A stretch of 64,000 bases of DNA, taken from the NCBI RefSeq assembly GCF_030144855.1, contig NC_082734.1, positions 13,702,001-13,766,000 of the forward strand, written 5' to 3'. Made by a program: the position numbers and the translations under genes. Origin of the DNA: Hypanus sabinus. Lineage: Eukaryota. Shown here piece after piece: positions 38,334 to 52,424 of this stretch; position 1 is the stretch's first letter, and each line of letters begins with the position of its first letter. The notes under the pieces are model-generated. The model did no database searches and was not told the origin of the DNA. It saw only the letters and a list, made by a program, of their open reading frames with translations.

Positions 38334-40339
38334 ACTGGAATCAGGTACACCCACTCATGTTCAGCAAGCAGAGAGCAGAATGGGCAACTCAAGCCCAAAG
38401 GTCCTGAAGCCCGAATGGGTCAGTGTTTCAGGTTTCAATCCCAAACATCAACAATTCTTTTCCCTCCTCAGATGCTGCTGGACTTGCTGAGTTCCTTCAG
38501 CAGGTTGTTTGATGCTCTAAATCATAGGTTTCCAACTTGGGGTCCATGGACAAGTTGGAAACCTCTGACTTACAGCATCAAACAACCCGCTGAAAGAACT
38601 CAGCAAGTCCAGATGTATGTGGATGTTTGTGAAGAAAAAGAATTTCAGGATGTATATTGTATATATTCCTCTGACACATTGACATTGAAATGTGTTTGTT
38701 TCCTGTGCTGCCTCATTTCACCAGTCCACGTGCAAGTCCAAGCGAGAAGTGTGGGAGGGGTATTCAAGATTGTTTAATGTCAATTCCTGCACACAGGTGT
38801 AAGAACAACAAAATAATTGTTACGCCAGGTCTTATGCAGCACAAAAAAAACACAAAAGATAAAGAACACAATAATAATAATACACACAATAAATATAAAT
38901 ACATATGATAGCTTAGATACGTAGATTAATTGTATGTCCATAAAGTGACAATAAGGTGACTGACATGAAATAATTAAGTAGTGATGGAGTTAGTGGGTGG
39001 AGGTGTTTATCAGTCTCAGTGTTTGGGGAAAGGAACTGTCTTTGAGTCTGGTGGCCCTGGTGTTGGTGCTACATAGCTTCCTCCCTGATGGAAGTGGGAC
39101 AAACAGTCCATGAGCAGGGTGGATGTGATCCTTCATGATGTTACTCTCATTTCTATATATATGTCCTCAGTAGCAGCCAGGCTGGTGCAAGTGAGCAGAA
39201 CTGGCCACGTTACCCTTCCCAGAGAAAGGGGAAATTACAGTGGTTTGAGCTTACAAGGAAGTATGTGGCTTTCAGACAAAGAGGCTTTGAGATGTAAGTC
39301 ACCCACCATCCCCGATTCTCCCTCATTTTAGTTCTCCTGGATCTAGTCTGGGTTCCGCGGAGATTGCAGCTGCCTCCTCCTGACGCCTCCCTGCACTGTG
39401 CTCATGTTCTTGACCGGACTTTACAGCCGTGCAGTCCCAAAGCACAATGTGCGCAGTGTTCAAAATGGTGCCCAAGCTCCCAATTTATTCCCTCCACATC
39501 CCCCTCAACCCAACCCTGGACTGTGTGCCGTGCTGACCCACCAGCGAATAGCGAGCGTTACCAACCTGCCCGACTTTGTGGGCCTGGTCTGTTGACTGCA
39601 TGCACAATGGGTCAAAAGGGGAGAAAGCGGTAACAGAAGAATGGAGAGCGAGGGAGGTTGAGAGAAGAAAGAATCCCTTAGTTATGAGGGACCAAGGACC
39701 AACCACCATTTCTCACCTTTAATCAGGTGGAGGGTGATGTAAAGGGATCTTTTGGAAAATGGTTCATTTGCACTTTTTTAAAGGCTTCTCTAAAACGGGT
39801 CATCGTGGAGTTTAATTATGCTGCTTGGAAAACAAGCCTGGACATTGCTGTCTGGTTTGCTAATCTTGCTGCACCAGCTAGATTCGAGTGGAAATTGTTG
39901 ACCTTTTAAGCTCACGTGGTAACTTCCTCTCTCTCTGATTCTTGGGATCTTTGCGATTTCAGTCCTGTGCTGCCAGAGGTCGAAGCGGCTTGCCACCGTG
40001 GTTTGTGCCTGGGGGGCGTGGGGGTGTCTGTCCAGAGGTCAGGATCAGGAAGTAGAGCAGAAGGAGGTCCAGGTGATAAGGCAGGAGCCCTTGGTAAAGT
40101 ACTGCCAGCCAGTGAAAAACAGAGGCAGTAGGGGGCTTCCAACTGTTACCTTCGTTGAGCTTCATCTCGTTCTGTATAGATTGAGGAACAAGGACATCCA
40201 AATCCATAAAATTCAGTTCCTCTGTACATCTACCCCCTCAGTCCTTACTCTCGTGTGTGGTACATGGAATTCATTATCCCTTTCAATTTTTATACAGTAT
40301 GTCTTAATTTATCAGTCTAGCACAGGAATGTGCCCTTTA

Positions 40340-40950
40340 GAAACATAGGAAACCTACAGCACAATACAGGCCCTTCAGCCCACAAAGCTGTGCTGAACAT
40401 GTCCTTACTTAGAAACTACCTCTGTTTACCCATAGCTCTCTATTTTTCTAAGCTATCCAGGATCTTTTAAAAGACCCTATCGTATCCGCCTCCACCACCA
40501 TCACTGTCAGCCCATTCCACGCACTCACCACTCTCTACGTAAAAAACTTATCCCTGACATCTCCTCTGTACCTACTCCCCAGCACCTTAAACCTGTGCCC
40601 TCTCGTGCTAGCCATTTCAGCCCTGGGAAAAAGCCTCTGACTATCCACACGATCAATGCCTCTCATCATCTTATACACCTCTATCAGGTCACCTCTCATC
40701 CTCCGTCTGTCCAAGGAGAAAAAGCAGAGGTCACTCAACCTATTCTCATAAGGCATGCTCCCCAATCCAGGCAACATCTTTGTAAATCTCCTCTGCACCC
40801 TTCCTATGGCTTCCACATCCTTCCTGTAGTGAGGCGACCAGAACTGAGCACAGTACTCCCAACTGGGGTCTGACCAACATTACCTCTCTGTTCCTAAACT
40901 CAGTCCCACGATTGATGAACACCAATGCACCATATGCCTTCTTAACCACA
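40340..40950 (-). mobile_element. CR1 LINE 3' fragment
   Basis: RVQRRFTKMLPGL..YE.RL..L.FFSL.RRRMRGDLIEVYKMMRGIDRV plus 3' UTR. Confidence 0.9.
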
Positions 40951-41499
40951 AAGTCAATCCATCACCCAGAGTTTGGCCCATCATGTCTGTACTACCCATG
41001 ATGCCAATCCAACTAATCCCATCTAATGCCAATCCAACTAATCCCATCTAATTGATTTTATGATTTCTATCCAAATTCGTGACCTGCTTGTAACCTTGCC
41101 CAGCCCATCAGCCCTCTATGATCTTCGATCAACTCCCCTGTAGTAATTGTTCTTTTATTGGTCTCCAGGGACCTGGATTCCAGTTCCTGGAATTCCTTCC
41201 CTGACCTCTGACCCTTTTTAAGATGCGGGATAAGGCCCATGTGCAGGCAGAACAGATTAGTCTAGATTGGCTTCATGGCTGGTGGCTTGGTCATTGTGGG
41301 CTGGATGACCCGTTGCTGTACCATGTTCAAAGCTCTTCTCCTATCAGGCTTGTGCTCATCTTCCCCATACAGAGGGTTAGTCACAAAGCTGAGACAGAGA
41401 AAGATCTTTGATCTCCTAGGAGGGTGGGAAGAGGTCATAGAACAGAAACAGGCCCTTCGGCCCACTGAGTCTATACTGGCCATGGCAGACAAGGGAACT

Positions 41500-42391
41500 C
41501 AAGGGCAGCATAGAAACAAAAGCAAGGGCATATGGTATAGCAAAAATTAGTGAGAAGTTAGAGGGCTGGGGAGCTTTTAAAAACTAACAGAAGGCAACTG
41601 AAAAAGCAATAAGGAGATAACATTAGAGCTAAGAAAGTAAGCTAGCCAATAAAATAAAAGAGAATATCAAAAACCAAACGATTTTTCAAAGAAAAAGGGT
41701 AAAAGAGGTAAGACTGGACACTGGACCGCTGGAAAATGATAATGGAGATGGAATTAGAGGGAACAAAGAAATACTGAGTAAGTATTTTGCTTCAGTGTTC
41801 ACTGAGGAAGACACCAGCAGCATGCCAGAAGTTCAAGAGCGTCAGGGGGTAGAAGTGAGTGTAGTTGCTATTACTCGGGAAAAGGCGTTTGGGAAGCTGA
41901 AAGGTCTGATGGTAGATAAGTCACCTGGATGACACCCCAGGAGTGGGAATAAAGGGAGCCTTTTCTAGTTGGCTAGTGGTGTTCCACAGGGGTTGGTGTT
42001 GGGACCGTTCTCTTCGCATTATATGCTAGTGATTTAGATGATGGAATAGATAGCTTGGTGGCTAAGTTTGCAGACAGTACAAAGACAGGTAGTGCAGAGA
42101 CTGCAAGAGGACTTGGGACAGATTAGGAGCATGGGCAAAGAAGTAGCAGATAGAATACAATGTCAGGAAGAGAATTGTCTCACACTTTGGTAGAAGGATT
42201 AAGCTGGAGGCTATTTACTAAATGAGGAGTGAAGTCAGAAATTGGAGGAGTAAAATCCTAGTGCAGGATTTCCTGAAGTTAACTTGCAGGTTGAGTCGGT
42301 GGTAAGGCAAATGCAATGTCATTTCAAGATGACTAGAATATAAAATCAAGGATGTAATGCTGAGACCTTATAAGACATTGGTCAGACCGCG
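41500..42391 (+). mobile_element. Decayed, internally deleted CR1 ORF2 segment
   Basis: YFASVFTEED, KSPG, SGVPQG.VLGP, KFAD.TK, LYKTLVRP motifs with frameshifts. Confidence 0.75.
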
Positions 42392-42529
42392 TTTCAAATT
42401 TCAAAGTAATATTTATTATCAGAGTATGTACACATCACTACATACAGCCCTAAGATTCTTTTTTCCTGTAGGCATACTTAGCAAATCTTACAGAACAGTA
42501 GCCGTAAACAGGATCAATAGACAACACAC

Positions 42530-43740
42530 TGTGCAAATGCAAATATAAATAAATAGCAATAAATAACAGGAGCATAAAATAACAAAATGGAAAGGATTCT
42601 GAAAGTGAAACCATCGGCTGTGGGAACACCAGAAATAGAATGAGTGTAGTTGTCCCCTTTTGTTCAAGAGCCTGATGGTTGAGAGATGGTAACTGTTCTT
42701 GAACCTGGTGGTGCGAGTCCTGAGGTTCTTGTACCTTCTACCTGATGGCAGCAGCGAGAAAAGAGCACGGCCTGGGTGGTGATCATCTTTGATGATGGAT
42801 GCTGCTTTTCTACAGCACTGCTTCATGCAGATGTGCTCAATGGTTGGGAGAATTTACCCTTGATGTACTGGGCCGAATCCACTACCTTTTGTGGGATTTT
42901 CCACTCAAAGGCATTGGTGTTCCCGTACCAGGCTGTGACACAGCCAGTCAGCATCCTTTCCACCACACATCTACAGGAGTTTGTCAAGGTTTTTGATGAC
43001 ATGCCGAATCTCCGCAGACTCCTAAGCAAGTAGAGGCTCTGTTAAGCTTTCTTTGCAATTACATTTATCTGATGGGTCCAGGATAGGTCCTCTGAGATAG
43101 TGACACCCAGGAATTTAAAGTTACTGGCTCTCTCCACCTCTCATCCTCCAATGAGTACTGACGGGTTTCCTCTCCTGAAGTCTACAATCATTCCCTTGGT
43201 CTTATTGACATTGAGTGAGGGGGTGTTGTTCTGACACCACTCAGCTAAGTCTTCAATCTCCCTCCTGTATGCTGATTCATCACCACCTTTGATACAGCCC
43301 ACAACAGTGGTGTCGTCAGCAAACTTGTATATGGTGTCAGAGCTGTACTTAGCCACGCAGTCACAGGTGTAAAGCGAGTAGAGCAGGAGCTAAGCACACA
43401 GCCCTGAGGTGCTCCTGAGCTGACGGAGATTTCTCCACAATGTTGTTGCCAATTCAAACTGACTGGGGTCTACAAGTGAGGATCCAACTGCACGAGGGGG
43501 TCAAGGCCCAGGTCTTGGAGTCCACTGATTAGTTTTGAGGGGATGATGGCGTTAAATGCCAAGTGTAATCAATAAAGAGCATCTTTGCTGTCCAGGTGTT
43601 CCAGGGTTGTGTGAAGAGCCAATGAGATAGCATCTGTTTTAGACCAGTTGCTTCAGTAGGTGAATTGGAGCGCATCTAAGTCACCATTCATTCAGGAGCG
43701 GATGTGCTTCAACACCAGCCTCTCGAAACACTGTGGATGT
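42530..43740 (-). mobile_element. Rex1/Babar-type LINE fragment
   Basis: SGAPQGCVLS, YKFADDTTVVG, LRSLRRFGMS.KTL.N, CCRKAASIIKD.HHPG.ALFSLLPSGRRY. Confidence 0.85.
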
Positions 43741-44540
43741 TAGTGTCACGGGGGAATAGTCAGCCTGAAATGTCGACTCTTTATTCCCCTCCATAGATGC
43801 TGCCTGACCAGATGAGTTCCTCCAGCACATTGTGTGTATTGCTCTAGATTTCCAGCGTCTCTTGTGTCTGCAGATCTTCTTGTGTTTTGTCTTTCTGCTT
43901 TCTGTAGGATGGATTTCTGGACTTGGGGCTCTGAGCAGCAGCTGGACTGGGTGTCCATGAATACTCTGCCTATTTTTGTCCCTGTCCTTACTCCCTCAGT
44001 GGTTCAGTTTACACTTCCATAATTAGGACTTTTGACTCGGCCTCAAGTTAGGTTCATCCTCCGGTCTGATTTAGCGCTGAGGTGTTTAGAGACAAAAAAG
44101 ACACAGCGCTAATGTCAACGATTCCTCTCTGATTGAAGATGAAAGACTAGCTCTATTTGTCACACGTACATCGAAGCACCAAAACGTAATGTGAGATGTG
44201 TTTGCATCAACGGCCAACATAGTCCCGAGGGTAGGCTGGGGGGCAGCCCGCAAATGTCGCCGTGCTTCCAGTGCTCGCGTCTTGGTATCGGTAAGACGTG
44301 AATCTTTGGAAGGTGGGAGGAGAGCCACGCGTTCACGGGCAGAACATACAAGCTCCATACAGGAGTTGAGCTCTGATCTTACAGTGGGCACTGTAAAGTT
44401 ACCCAAACGTGAGGAAAAAGAGAGATTCCTGATCGAGCGACGGAGGGTTATTTAGCTCGTCCTGCCTGTACATCGCCTCACTCTCTGGAAAGGCCAAGCA
44501 TTTCCAGTAGTACCACGCTCCCACTCATCTCCGCCCCCCT

Positions 44541-44790
44541 CAGTGTGCCACGGTAGTGTAGCGGTTAGAGCAACACTATTACAGCTCGGGATGTCGGAGT
44601 TCAGAGTTCAATCCCAGCGTCCTCTGTAAAGAAATTGTATGTCCTACCCATGGAATGCTCCGGTTTCCTCCCACAATCCAAAACCATACTGATTAGTAGG
44701 TTAATTGGTCATTGTAAATTGACCTGTGATTAAGCTAGGATTAAATCGGGGGTTGCTGGCTGTGTGGCCGGAAGGTCCTGTTGTATTTTG
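44541..44790 (+). mobile_element. tRNA-derived SINE (HE1/V-SINE-like)
   Basis: A-box cacggtagtgtagcggttag, B-box gagttcaatccc, core ctccggtttcctcccaca..ggttaattggtcattgtaaatt. Confidence 0.75.
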
Positions 44791-46404
44791 TGAATAACAA
44801 AAGCTGCAGCCCTTCCATTAGAAACAAGCCAAAAGCAGTCGCCTCACACTGACGTCAGTATGTCAGGCACCATCTCTCAAAGTGAACACAACAACTCAAT
44901 GGCAGTGTTTGTGAATTGTGTAGAACAGTTTCTATTGTGAACATTGTGCGTCTTCTGCCACCTGTTATATTACCCTACAGGCTGGAAGGACCTGCCTCTC
45001 TCTGTATCTCTAAATAATAATCCAATTTCTGTTGTTCCACTATTTATCCAATTCCTTTGACGTTTGTAAACTTGCTTTCACCACTCTTTTAGGCAGCAAA
45101 TTTTGCATCAAAACTACTGTCTGTAGACAAGAAGACTGCCTTATCTTGCCTGTGGTAGAAGAGAGGAGAAGAATAGCCCTTAACTCGGCTGTGGAGTTAT
45201 CGGGGCACTGTCATGACGGTGTTTCTGTAGTAAGCTTTTCTTGTTTTTACGAGGCCGAGTTGCTAGCTCGATGCTTAATCCGACTTGGATTCGAACTCGG
45301 GAGCTTTCGCTCCGGAGTCCGGCGCTGATATTATTGCACCACCAAGCGGGCCTGTGGTGTTTCACCTCATTACAAAGTGCTTCATTGTCCTCTGGAATTT
45401 GAGAGTGCAGGGATTGTTGTGCAATGATCACCAAAAGGTGGACATGACACAGCTACAACAGGACTAGTGTTTGGGATATCGATGTATCCTGGCTTGTCGG
45501 GTGCAGAATCCGGTACTTAAGGGGGTCAAGGACCGTTAATGGAAATCCTAGGCTATTATCAGCTCCTAGGTGCTCTTCTGAATTTTAACCTGGTTAAAAT
45601 TAGTTTCTTGTACATTTTGTTGTCATTTGTAACTTGTGTAACAGTGTAAAATGGCTTGCCCTCTTTTGACATAAAAAGTCTCCTACAGTTGAATCTTTAG
45701 ACCAGAACCCTTAATATATTTTGGTAGATCCAGTAAATATTAACAAGTTTTGGATAACATCTCTCCCAGAGCCAATAATAATAGGAAAAAAAAACACTTG
45801 GAGAAACTCTGTAGGCGAAACACCATTTGTGTAGGATACTCTTGTTTTTCCCACGTTTGTGCGTGTTGTTGAGCTGCGGAGGGTGTAGGTTGAGACTAAG
45901 TGGGAAGAGAAAAGATTCAAGATACACAGCACATTTATTATCTAAGTATGTATGCAGTTTTCAACCCTAAAATTCATCTTCCACACACAGAGTCACGAAA
46001 CAATGAAGAACTAGGGAACCAAACTGTTCAAAGAAAAATATCAAACGCAAACTAGTTTCTCCAGCATTTTGTGTGTGTGCCTATGAACTGTACATTGCAC
46101 AGGGCAGTGAGTGAGGTGCAAGACTGCCCAGATTTTATTAATTCATGCTGGGCCACAAATTTTTTCAGAAGTGTTGCTGCTTCAGAATTTTTTTTTGTTT
46201 ATGATAAACTGTTTGGAGCTGAACACAAATGTAATTTCAGACTACTTGTATCACATAGGAATTTGAAGAAAAAAGAAATTAACTTTTATTGAGTATAATG
46301 TGTTTATTTGCATAATGGTGCTGATGCTTTGCAATAGTTCAACTCAGCTAAGAATGTTTTGTTGATGATTTTCATTTGTATTCGGTGTCTGAGGCTTCTC
46401 GTTT

Positions 46405-48760
46405 AAGTGTCCAACAATCTCTGCTTTAAGTATACGTAAAGACTTGACCTCCACAGCTGCTTGTGGCAACGAATTCCACAGATTCACCACTCTTGGGCTA
46501 AAGAAATTCCCCCTCATTACTGTTCTAAAAAGATGCCCCTCTATTCTGAGGCTGTGACCTCCGGTCTTAGACTCTTCCACAAAAGGAAACATCCTCTCCA
46601 TGTCCGCTCTGTCAGTTGAAACCATTCGATAGATGTCAATGAGGTCACTCCTCATTCTTCTGAATTCTAGTGAATACAGGTTGAGAACCATCAAACGCCC
46701 TTCATGTGACAGGCCATTCAATCCTGGTATCATTTTCGTGATCCTCCTTTGAACTCTGTCCAGTTTCAGCACATCCTTTCTAAGATAAGGGGCCCAAAAC
46801 TGTTCACAATAGTCCAACTGAGGCCACACCTGTACTTTATAAAATCTCAACTTCACATCTTTGCTTTTATATTCTAATCCTCTTCAAAATGAATGCTAAC
46901 ATTGCATTTGCCTTCCTCACCACTGACTCAACCTGCAAATTAACCTTTAGGGAATCTTGCACAAGGACTTCCAAGGCCCTTTGTACCCCAGTTTTGTATT
47001 TCACTCTATTTAGAAAATAAACAACCATTCATTTCTTCTGCCAAAGTGCATGACCATACACTTCCTGACAATCTGCCACTTCATTGCCATTCTCCTAATC
47101 TGTCTAGGTCCTTTTGTAACCTCTCTTCTTCCTTGAAACTACCTGCCCCTCCACCTATCTTTGTGTCCTCTGCAGACTTTGCAACAAATCCATCAGTTCT
47201 GTCATTCAAATCATTGAAATAGAATGTAAAAAAGAAGCAGTCCCAACACAGACCCCTGTGGAACACCACTAGTCACCAGCAGCCAAGCAGAAAAGGCTCC
47301 CTTTATTCCCACTCTTTGCCTCCTGCCAATCAGCCACTGCGTTATCTGTGGTAGAATCTTTCCTGTAACACCATAGGCTTGTAACTTGTTAAGCAGCTTC
47401 ATGTGTGGCACCTTGTCAAAGGCCTTCTGAAAGTCCAAGTACACAACATTAACTAATTCTCCTTTGTCTACCCTGCTTGTTATTTCTTCAAAGAATTCCA
47501 ATGGATTAGCTTTTCCCTTGAGGAAACCATGCCAACCATGGCCTATTTTATCATATGCCTCCAAATACCCCAAAACCACATCCTTAACAATCATCTCCAA
47601 CATCTTCCCATCAGCCTGAGGTCATTCTAACTAGCCTATAAATTCCTTTCTTCTGCCTCTGTCCCTTCTTGAAGAGTGGAGTGACATTTGCAATTTTCCA
47701 GTCTTCTGAAACTGTTCCAAAATCTAGTGATTCTTGAAAGATCATTACTAATGCCTCCACAATCTTTTCAGCCATCTCATCCAGAACCCTGGATTGTACA
47801 CCATCTGGTCCAGGTGACATATCTACTTTCAGACCTTTCAGTTTCCCAAGAACCTTCTGTCTAGTAATAACTTAACACACTTTATAACCCCGACACCTGG
47901 AACTTTCACCATACTGCTAGTGTCTTCCACAGGGAAGACTGATATGAAATACTTAGTCAGTTCATCTGCCATTTCCTTATTCCCTATTACTACCACTCCA
48001 GCATCATTTTCCAGTGGTCCGATAGCCACTCTCACCTCTCTTTTACACTATATGTATCTGAAGAAAGTTTTGCTATCCTCTTCAATATTATTGGCTAGAT
48101 TACTTCTAGATTGGCTAGATTTCTTCTGTTGGTATTGAAAAGCTTCCCAATCCTTTAACTTCCAACTAATTTTTGCTCTATTTTATGCACTCTTGATGGC
48201 TTTTATGTTGGTTTTGACTTCTCTTGTTAGCCACGGTTGTGTCATCTTGCCTTTAGAATGCTTCTTCCTCTTTGTGATGTATATATCCTGTGCCTTCCAA
48301 ATTGCTTCCAGCCATTGCTGCTTTGCCGTCATCCCTGCCAGTGTTCTTTTCCAATCAATTCTGGCCAACTCCTCTCTCATAATTCCCCTTACTCCACTGT
48401 AATACTGATACATCTGACTTTAGCTTCTCTTTCTCAAATTTCAAGTAGAATCTGATCACATTATGATCACTTCCCCCTAAGGGTTCTTTTACCTTAAGCT
48501 CTCTGATCAATTCGGTTTCATTGCACAGCACCCAATCCAGAATAGCCAATCCCCTGGAAAACCACCTCATAGGCATTTGAGAAACTCTCCTGTTGGGATC
48601 CAGCATCACCCTGACTTTCCCAGTCTAGCTACATATTGAAGTCCCGCATTACTGTTGTAACATTCTTTTGGCATGCATTTTTTGTCTCCTGGTGTAATCT
48701 GTAGACCACATCATTGCTATTGCTCGGGGGTCTGTATACAACTCCAATCAGTGTCTTTTT
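46405..48760 (-). mobile_element. Long degenerate CR1 ORF2 (endonuclease end, RT, C-terminus)
   Basis: ILD.VLCNE..LGGSDHN; SPGPDG; WKIANVTPLFKKG; VYLDFQKAFDKVPH; SGVPQGSVLG; LDYCEQFWAPYL in successive frameshifted ORFs. Confidence 0.92.
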
Positions 48761-49872
48761 TTAAAAAAGCACTTTCCCCCCTCCCTTTACAATCAGGTAG
48801 CAGTGATTTGACCCAGCTTCAAACTAGAAGTCGAATGCTCTCCTCTCCTCTTTCTTTCCTGTCCTGATGAAGGGTCTTGGCCCACTAAAAGTTTGGTGAG
48901 GGTCAGTGGGGACACATCGAATTTCTTCAGCCGCCGGTGGAAGTTGGTGAGTTTTCTTTGCCACATTGTCTATGTGGTTGGACCTGGACAGGATTTTGGT
49001 GATGTTTGCTCCTTGGAACTTTATGTTCTGGACTGTCTCAACCCACGTACCACTGATGTAAACAGGGATGTGCTCACCACCCCATTCCTGGAGTAAGTAT
49101 CAGCTCCTGTGTTGACAAGAAGTTCAGGACGAGTGAATTTCTGTATTTCACTGATCTCTCCCTCTGACCTCTGCTGACTGCTTTCCAATTTATTCTCCAG
49201 ATGCTGTGACTTTGGACCAGCCACTCGATGATTGACACCTGCCTGTCGACTCTCCTGAGGCCTGATTGGCTGTCGAGGTGCCACGGACCCAGCTGCCCGA
49301 GGGTTTCCCGGCGTTGGATCTGGCGGTGATGTGATCCAGCTGGTTCTTTGGAAGTCAAGGGCGAGGCGTAACTCTTGTGGTTAGAGCTGCTTTATTAGGT
49401 GCTCGTGACAAAGGAATAACAGTAACCAACTCCATTCTCATGAAGAAAGAAAGATTAGGAAGAGAACAGCAGGAAAAGAGAAAGACAAAAAAAGCAAAGA
49501 AGTCATGGCAGGGTGGCATAGTGGTTAGAACACCGGTTTACAGTACAGGCGACCCGGGTTCAATTCCCACTGCTGCCTGTACTCCCAGGCTCCTGTTTCC
49601 TCTCACAGACCAAAGATTTACCTGTTAATTGGTCATTGTAAAATATCACGGTTGTGTTATACTAAAAACTCGATGAAACGAGGCAGAGAAGAGACTGCCA
49701 ATGAGACAGGTTCAATGCTGAGACACAGGCTGCAGAGAAACCTTGCAAAACTCCAGAACTAGCCACACTGAATATTCTATTACCGACAACCAGGTGATTA
49801 CATAAATACAGAAGCAAACATAAAGACCATTGAACTACAACTTGGAAACTAAGCCAACACCTTACACCTGCC

Positions 49873-50344
49873 ATGGCGCGGATGCCCATGGCTTTGGGTG
49901 GCAGTGCCGTCAGTGCCAAGACCATGTCCTGCAGCCTGGATGCCCCCGCCAACGCCATCAGCGTCTGCCGTGACGGTGCCCAGGTGGCGGTTGCCGGCCG
50001 CAACATCTTCAAGATCTACAGCATCGAGGAGGAGCAGTTCACGGAGAAGGCGAACCTGCGGGTGGGACGCAAGCCCTCGCTCAACTTCAGCTGCGCCGAC
50101 GTGGCCTGGCACCAGATGGACGAGAACCTGCTGGCCACGGCGGCCACCAACGGCGCCGTGGTGACCTGGAACCTGGGCAGGCCGAGCCGCAACAAGCAGG
50201 ACCAGCTCTTCATGGAGCACAAGCGCACCGTCAACAAGGTCTGCTTCCACCCGCTGGAGCTGAACATCCTGCTGAGCGGCTCCCAGGATGGCTCCATGAA
50301 GTGCTTCGACCTGCGGAGGAAGGAGTCCATCTGCACCTTCTCAG
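49873..50344 (+). CDS. WDR24: WDR24 (GATOR2 complex WD-repeat protein) coding exon 1
   Basis: [11 protein letters not shown]...[66 protein letters not shown]...TFS; Kozak gccATGG; donor G|gtaccg; a strong acceptor at 49200 suggests a long 5' UTR part. Confidence 0.96.
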
Positions 50345-51289
50345 GTACCGGCTGAAGCGTTGGGAATGAGGAACCCACCCCTCTCTGCCTGGAAATCCTC
50401 CCTCCCGAACGGAGCAGAGACACAAGAGGCTCTGGGTCTAGGTCCAAAGCATCGACTGTTTGCAGACCTCCTCCACAGGTGCTGCCTGACCTGTTGAGCT
50501 CCTCCAGCATCTTGTGTGTGTTGCTCAGTGCAGCAGCCGACTCTCGGCTCCAGAGACACAAGTTCAATTCTGGCGCCGGGCGCTGTCTGTGTGGAGTTTT
50601 GCACGTTCTCCCTGTGGGTTTCCTATGAATGCTCTGTTAGTTTGGGGACTGATCTCATGAGCTGCAAGGTAACATTACAGCTGTATGAAACTAGTTAGAC
50701 CTCACTTGGAGTATTGTGTTCAGTTCTGGTTCCCTCTTTATAGGAAACTTTAGGGAGGGTGCAGAGGAGATTTACCAGAGGTTTCCTGGATAAGAGAACA
50801 TGTCTTGTGTGGAAAGGTTGAAGCAAAGGAGGGTGAGAGAAGACTTGATAGAGGTGTAGAATGTTGTAAGAGGTATAGACGGAATGAACAGCTCTGCCTT
50901 TCTTCCAGGGCGGCAGAGCCTAGTACGAGAGGACGTGCTTTTACGGTGAGTGGAAGCAAGTACAGGGGAGATGTCAGAGTTAAGTTTTTTCACACAGAGG
51001 GTGAAGAGTGCCTGAATACACTGCCAGGGCTGGTGGGAGAAGAAGGTACCTTAGGGGCACTAAAGATACTCAGGCAGGCATGTGGAAAATGGAGGCTTCG
51101 TGGCTTAGATCCATTGTGGAGTAGGTTAAAAGATCACAACATTGTGGGCTGAAGGGCCTCTACTTTGCTGTACTGTTCTATGTTACAGTCATTTCTATGT
51201 CTTCCATTGCAAAACCATGACAAATGTCAGTGATAACAACCCAGTTCAGATTCTACGAAGCAGTGGGCCTTTGCTTTGCCTTTCCAAAT

Positions 51290-52080
51290 CAGATTTAATA
51301 TCATTGGCAAATGTCGTGAACTTGTTAGCTTTATGGCAGCAGTACACTGAAATACATGATAAATACAGAGAAAGAAAAATGAGTTACATTAAGTATATAT
51401 ACGTCTATTAAAAAGTCAGGCTAAAAGAAGTGTAAAAGAACAGAAATAATAAAAGTAGTGAGGTAGTGTTCATGGGGTCAATGTCCATTTAGAAATCGGA
51501 CGGCAGAAGGGAAGAAACTGTTCCTGAATTACTGTACTTAAGGTTCCTGTGCTTTTTTCCTGATGGTAACAATGAGAAGAGAGAATGTCCTGGGTGGCGG
51601 GGGTCCTTAATGATGTATGCCCCCTTCCTAAGGCTTCTTGAAGATGTCTCGGATAACACAGGATAACCTGTGGTGGGGTTGACTAAGTTTACAAATTTCT
51701 GCAACTTATTTTAATCTAATGCAGTAGACCCCACCCCCCCCCCCCCCCCGCATAGCAGACGGTGACACAGCCAGTCAGAATGCTCTCCATGGTACATTTG
51801 TATAAGTTCTTGAGTGTTTTAGTTGACAAACCAAATCTCCTCCAACTCCTGATGAAATATAGCTGCTGTCTTGCCTTTATAGCTGCATCAATCTGTTGGG
51901 ACCAGGTTAGGTCCTCAGAGATATTGACACCCAGGAACTTGAAGCTGCTCCCTCTCTCCACTTCTGATCCCTCTATAGGGATTGGTTTGTGCTCCCTCGT
52001 TTTACCCTTCCTGAAGTCCACAGTCAGCTCTTTGGTCTTACTGATGTTGAGTGCCAGGTTGTTATTTGACACCAACTGGA
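51290..52080 (-). mobile_element. Rex1-type LINE 3' fragment
   Basis: NNLALNISKTKEL.VDFRK...FKFLGVNISEDLTWS...RQQLYFIRS.RRFG; IIKDPRHPGHSLFSLLPSG. Confidence 0.85.
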
Positions 52081-52246
52081 ATGTCTCTCTCCTGAGCACA
52101 GGTTAGTAGTCCTCGTTCTCTCATCACAGTGACAATACTGTATAGAAGTGCTCTGTCTCTAGCCAAGCGCTAACCCAGTGACAGAGAGGGTAAACTCCCT
52201 ACCTGAAGCCCCAGGTATGCTGACTGTGATGGTCTTCCGCCTGCAG

Positions 52247-52424
52247 GACAGTCGGAGAGCGTGCGTGACGTCCACTTCAGTGCCCGAGACTTCTTCACCT
52301 TTGCTGCCACCTTCGAGAATGGCAACGTGCAGCTGTGGGACATGCGGAGGCCGGACCGGTGCGAGAGGATGTTTACGGCTCACAACGGGCCGGTCTTCTC
52401 CTGTGACTGGCACCCAGACGACAG
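52247..52424 (+). CDS. WDR24: WDR24 coding exon 2
   Basis: (G)[58 protein letters not shown](R); ctgcag| and |gtggga; 178 nt. Confidence 0.96.

Noticed and set aside
37473-38398. Three long overlapping minus-strand ORFs (222-293 aa)
   Set aside because: They arise from a stop-free 28-bp repeat cycling through all three frames; there is no independent coding evidence.
39364-39633. Cys-containing ORF faintly resembling a TNF-receptor cysteine-rich domain (CSKWCP..TVCR)
   Set aside because: Key cysteines are missing and no signal-peptide or transmembrane exons were identified; too weak to call.
44541-44625. tRNA-like A/B boxes here and at many other sites
   Set aside because: These are SINE heads followed by SINE core sequence, with no complete cloverleaf.
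45480-45900. Possible WDR24 promoter or non-coding first exon
   Set aside because: Only sparse CpGs and a weak donor; not supportable from sequence alone.
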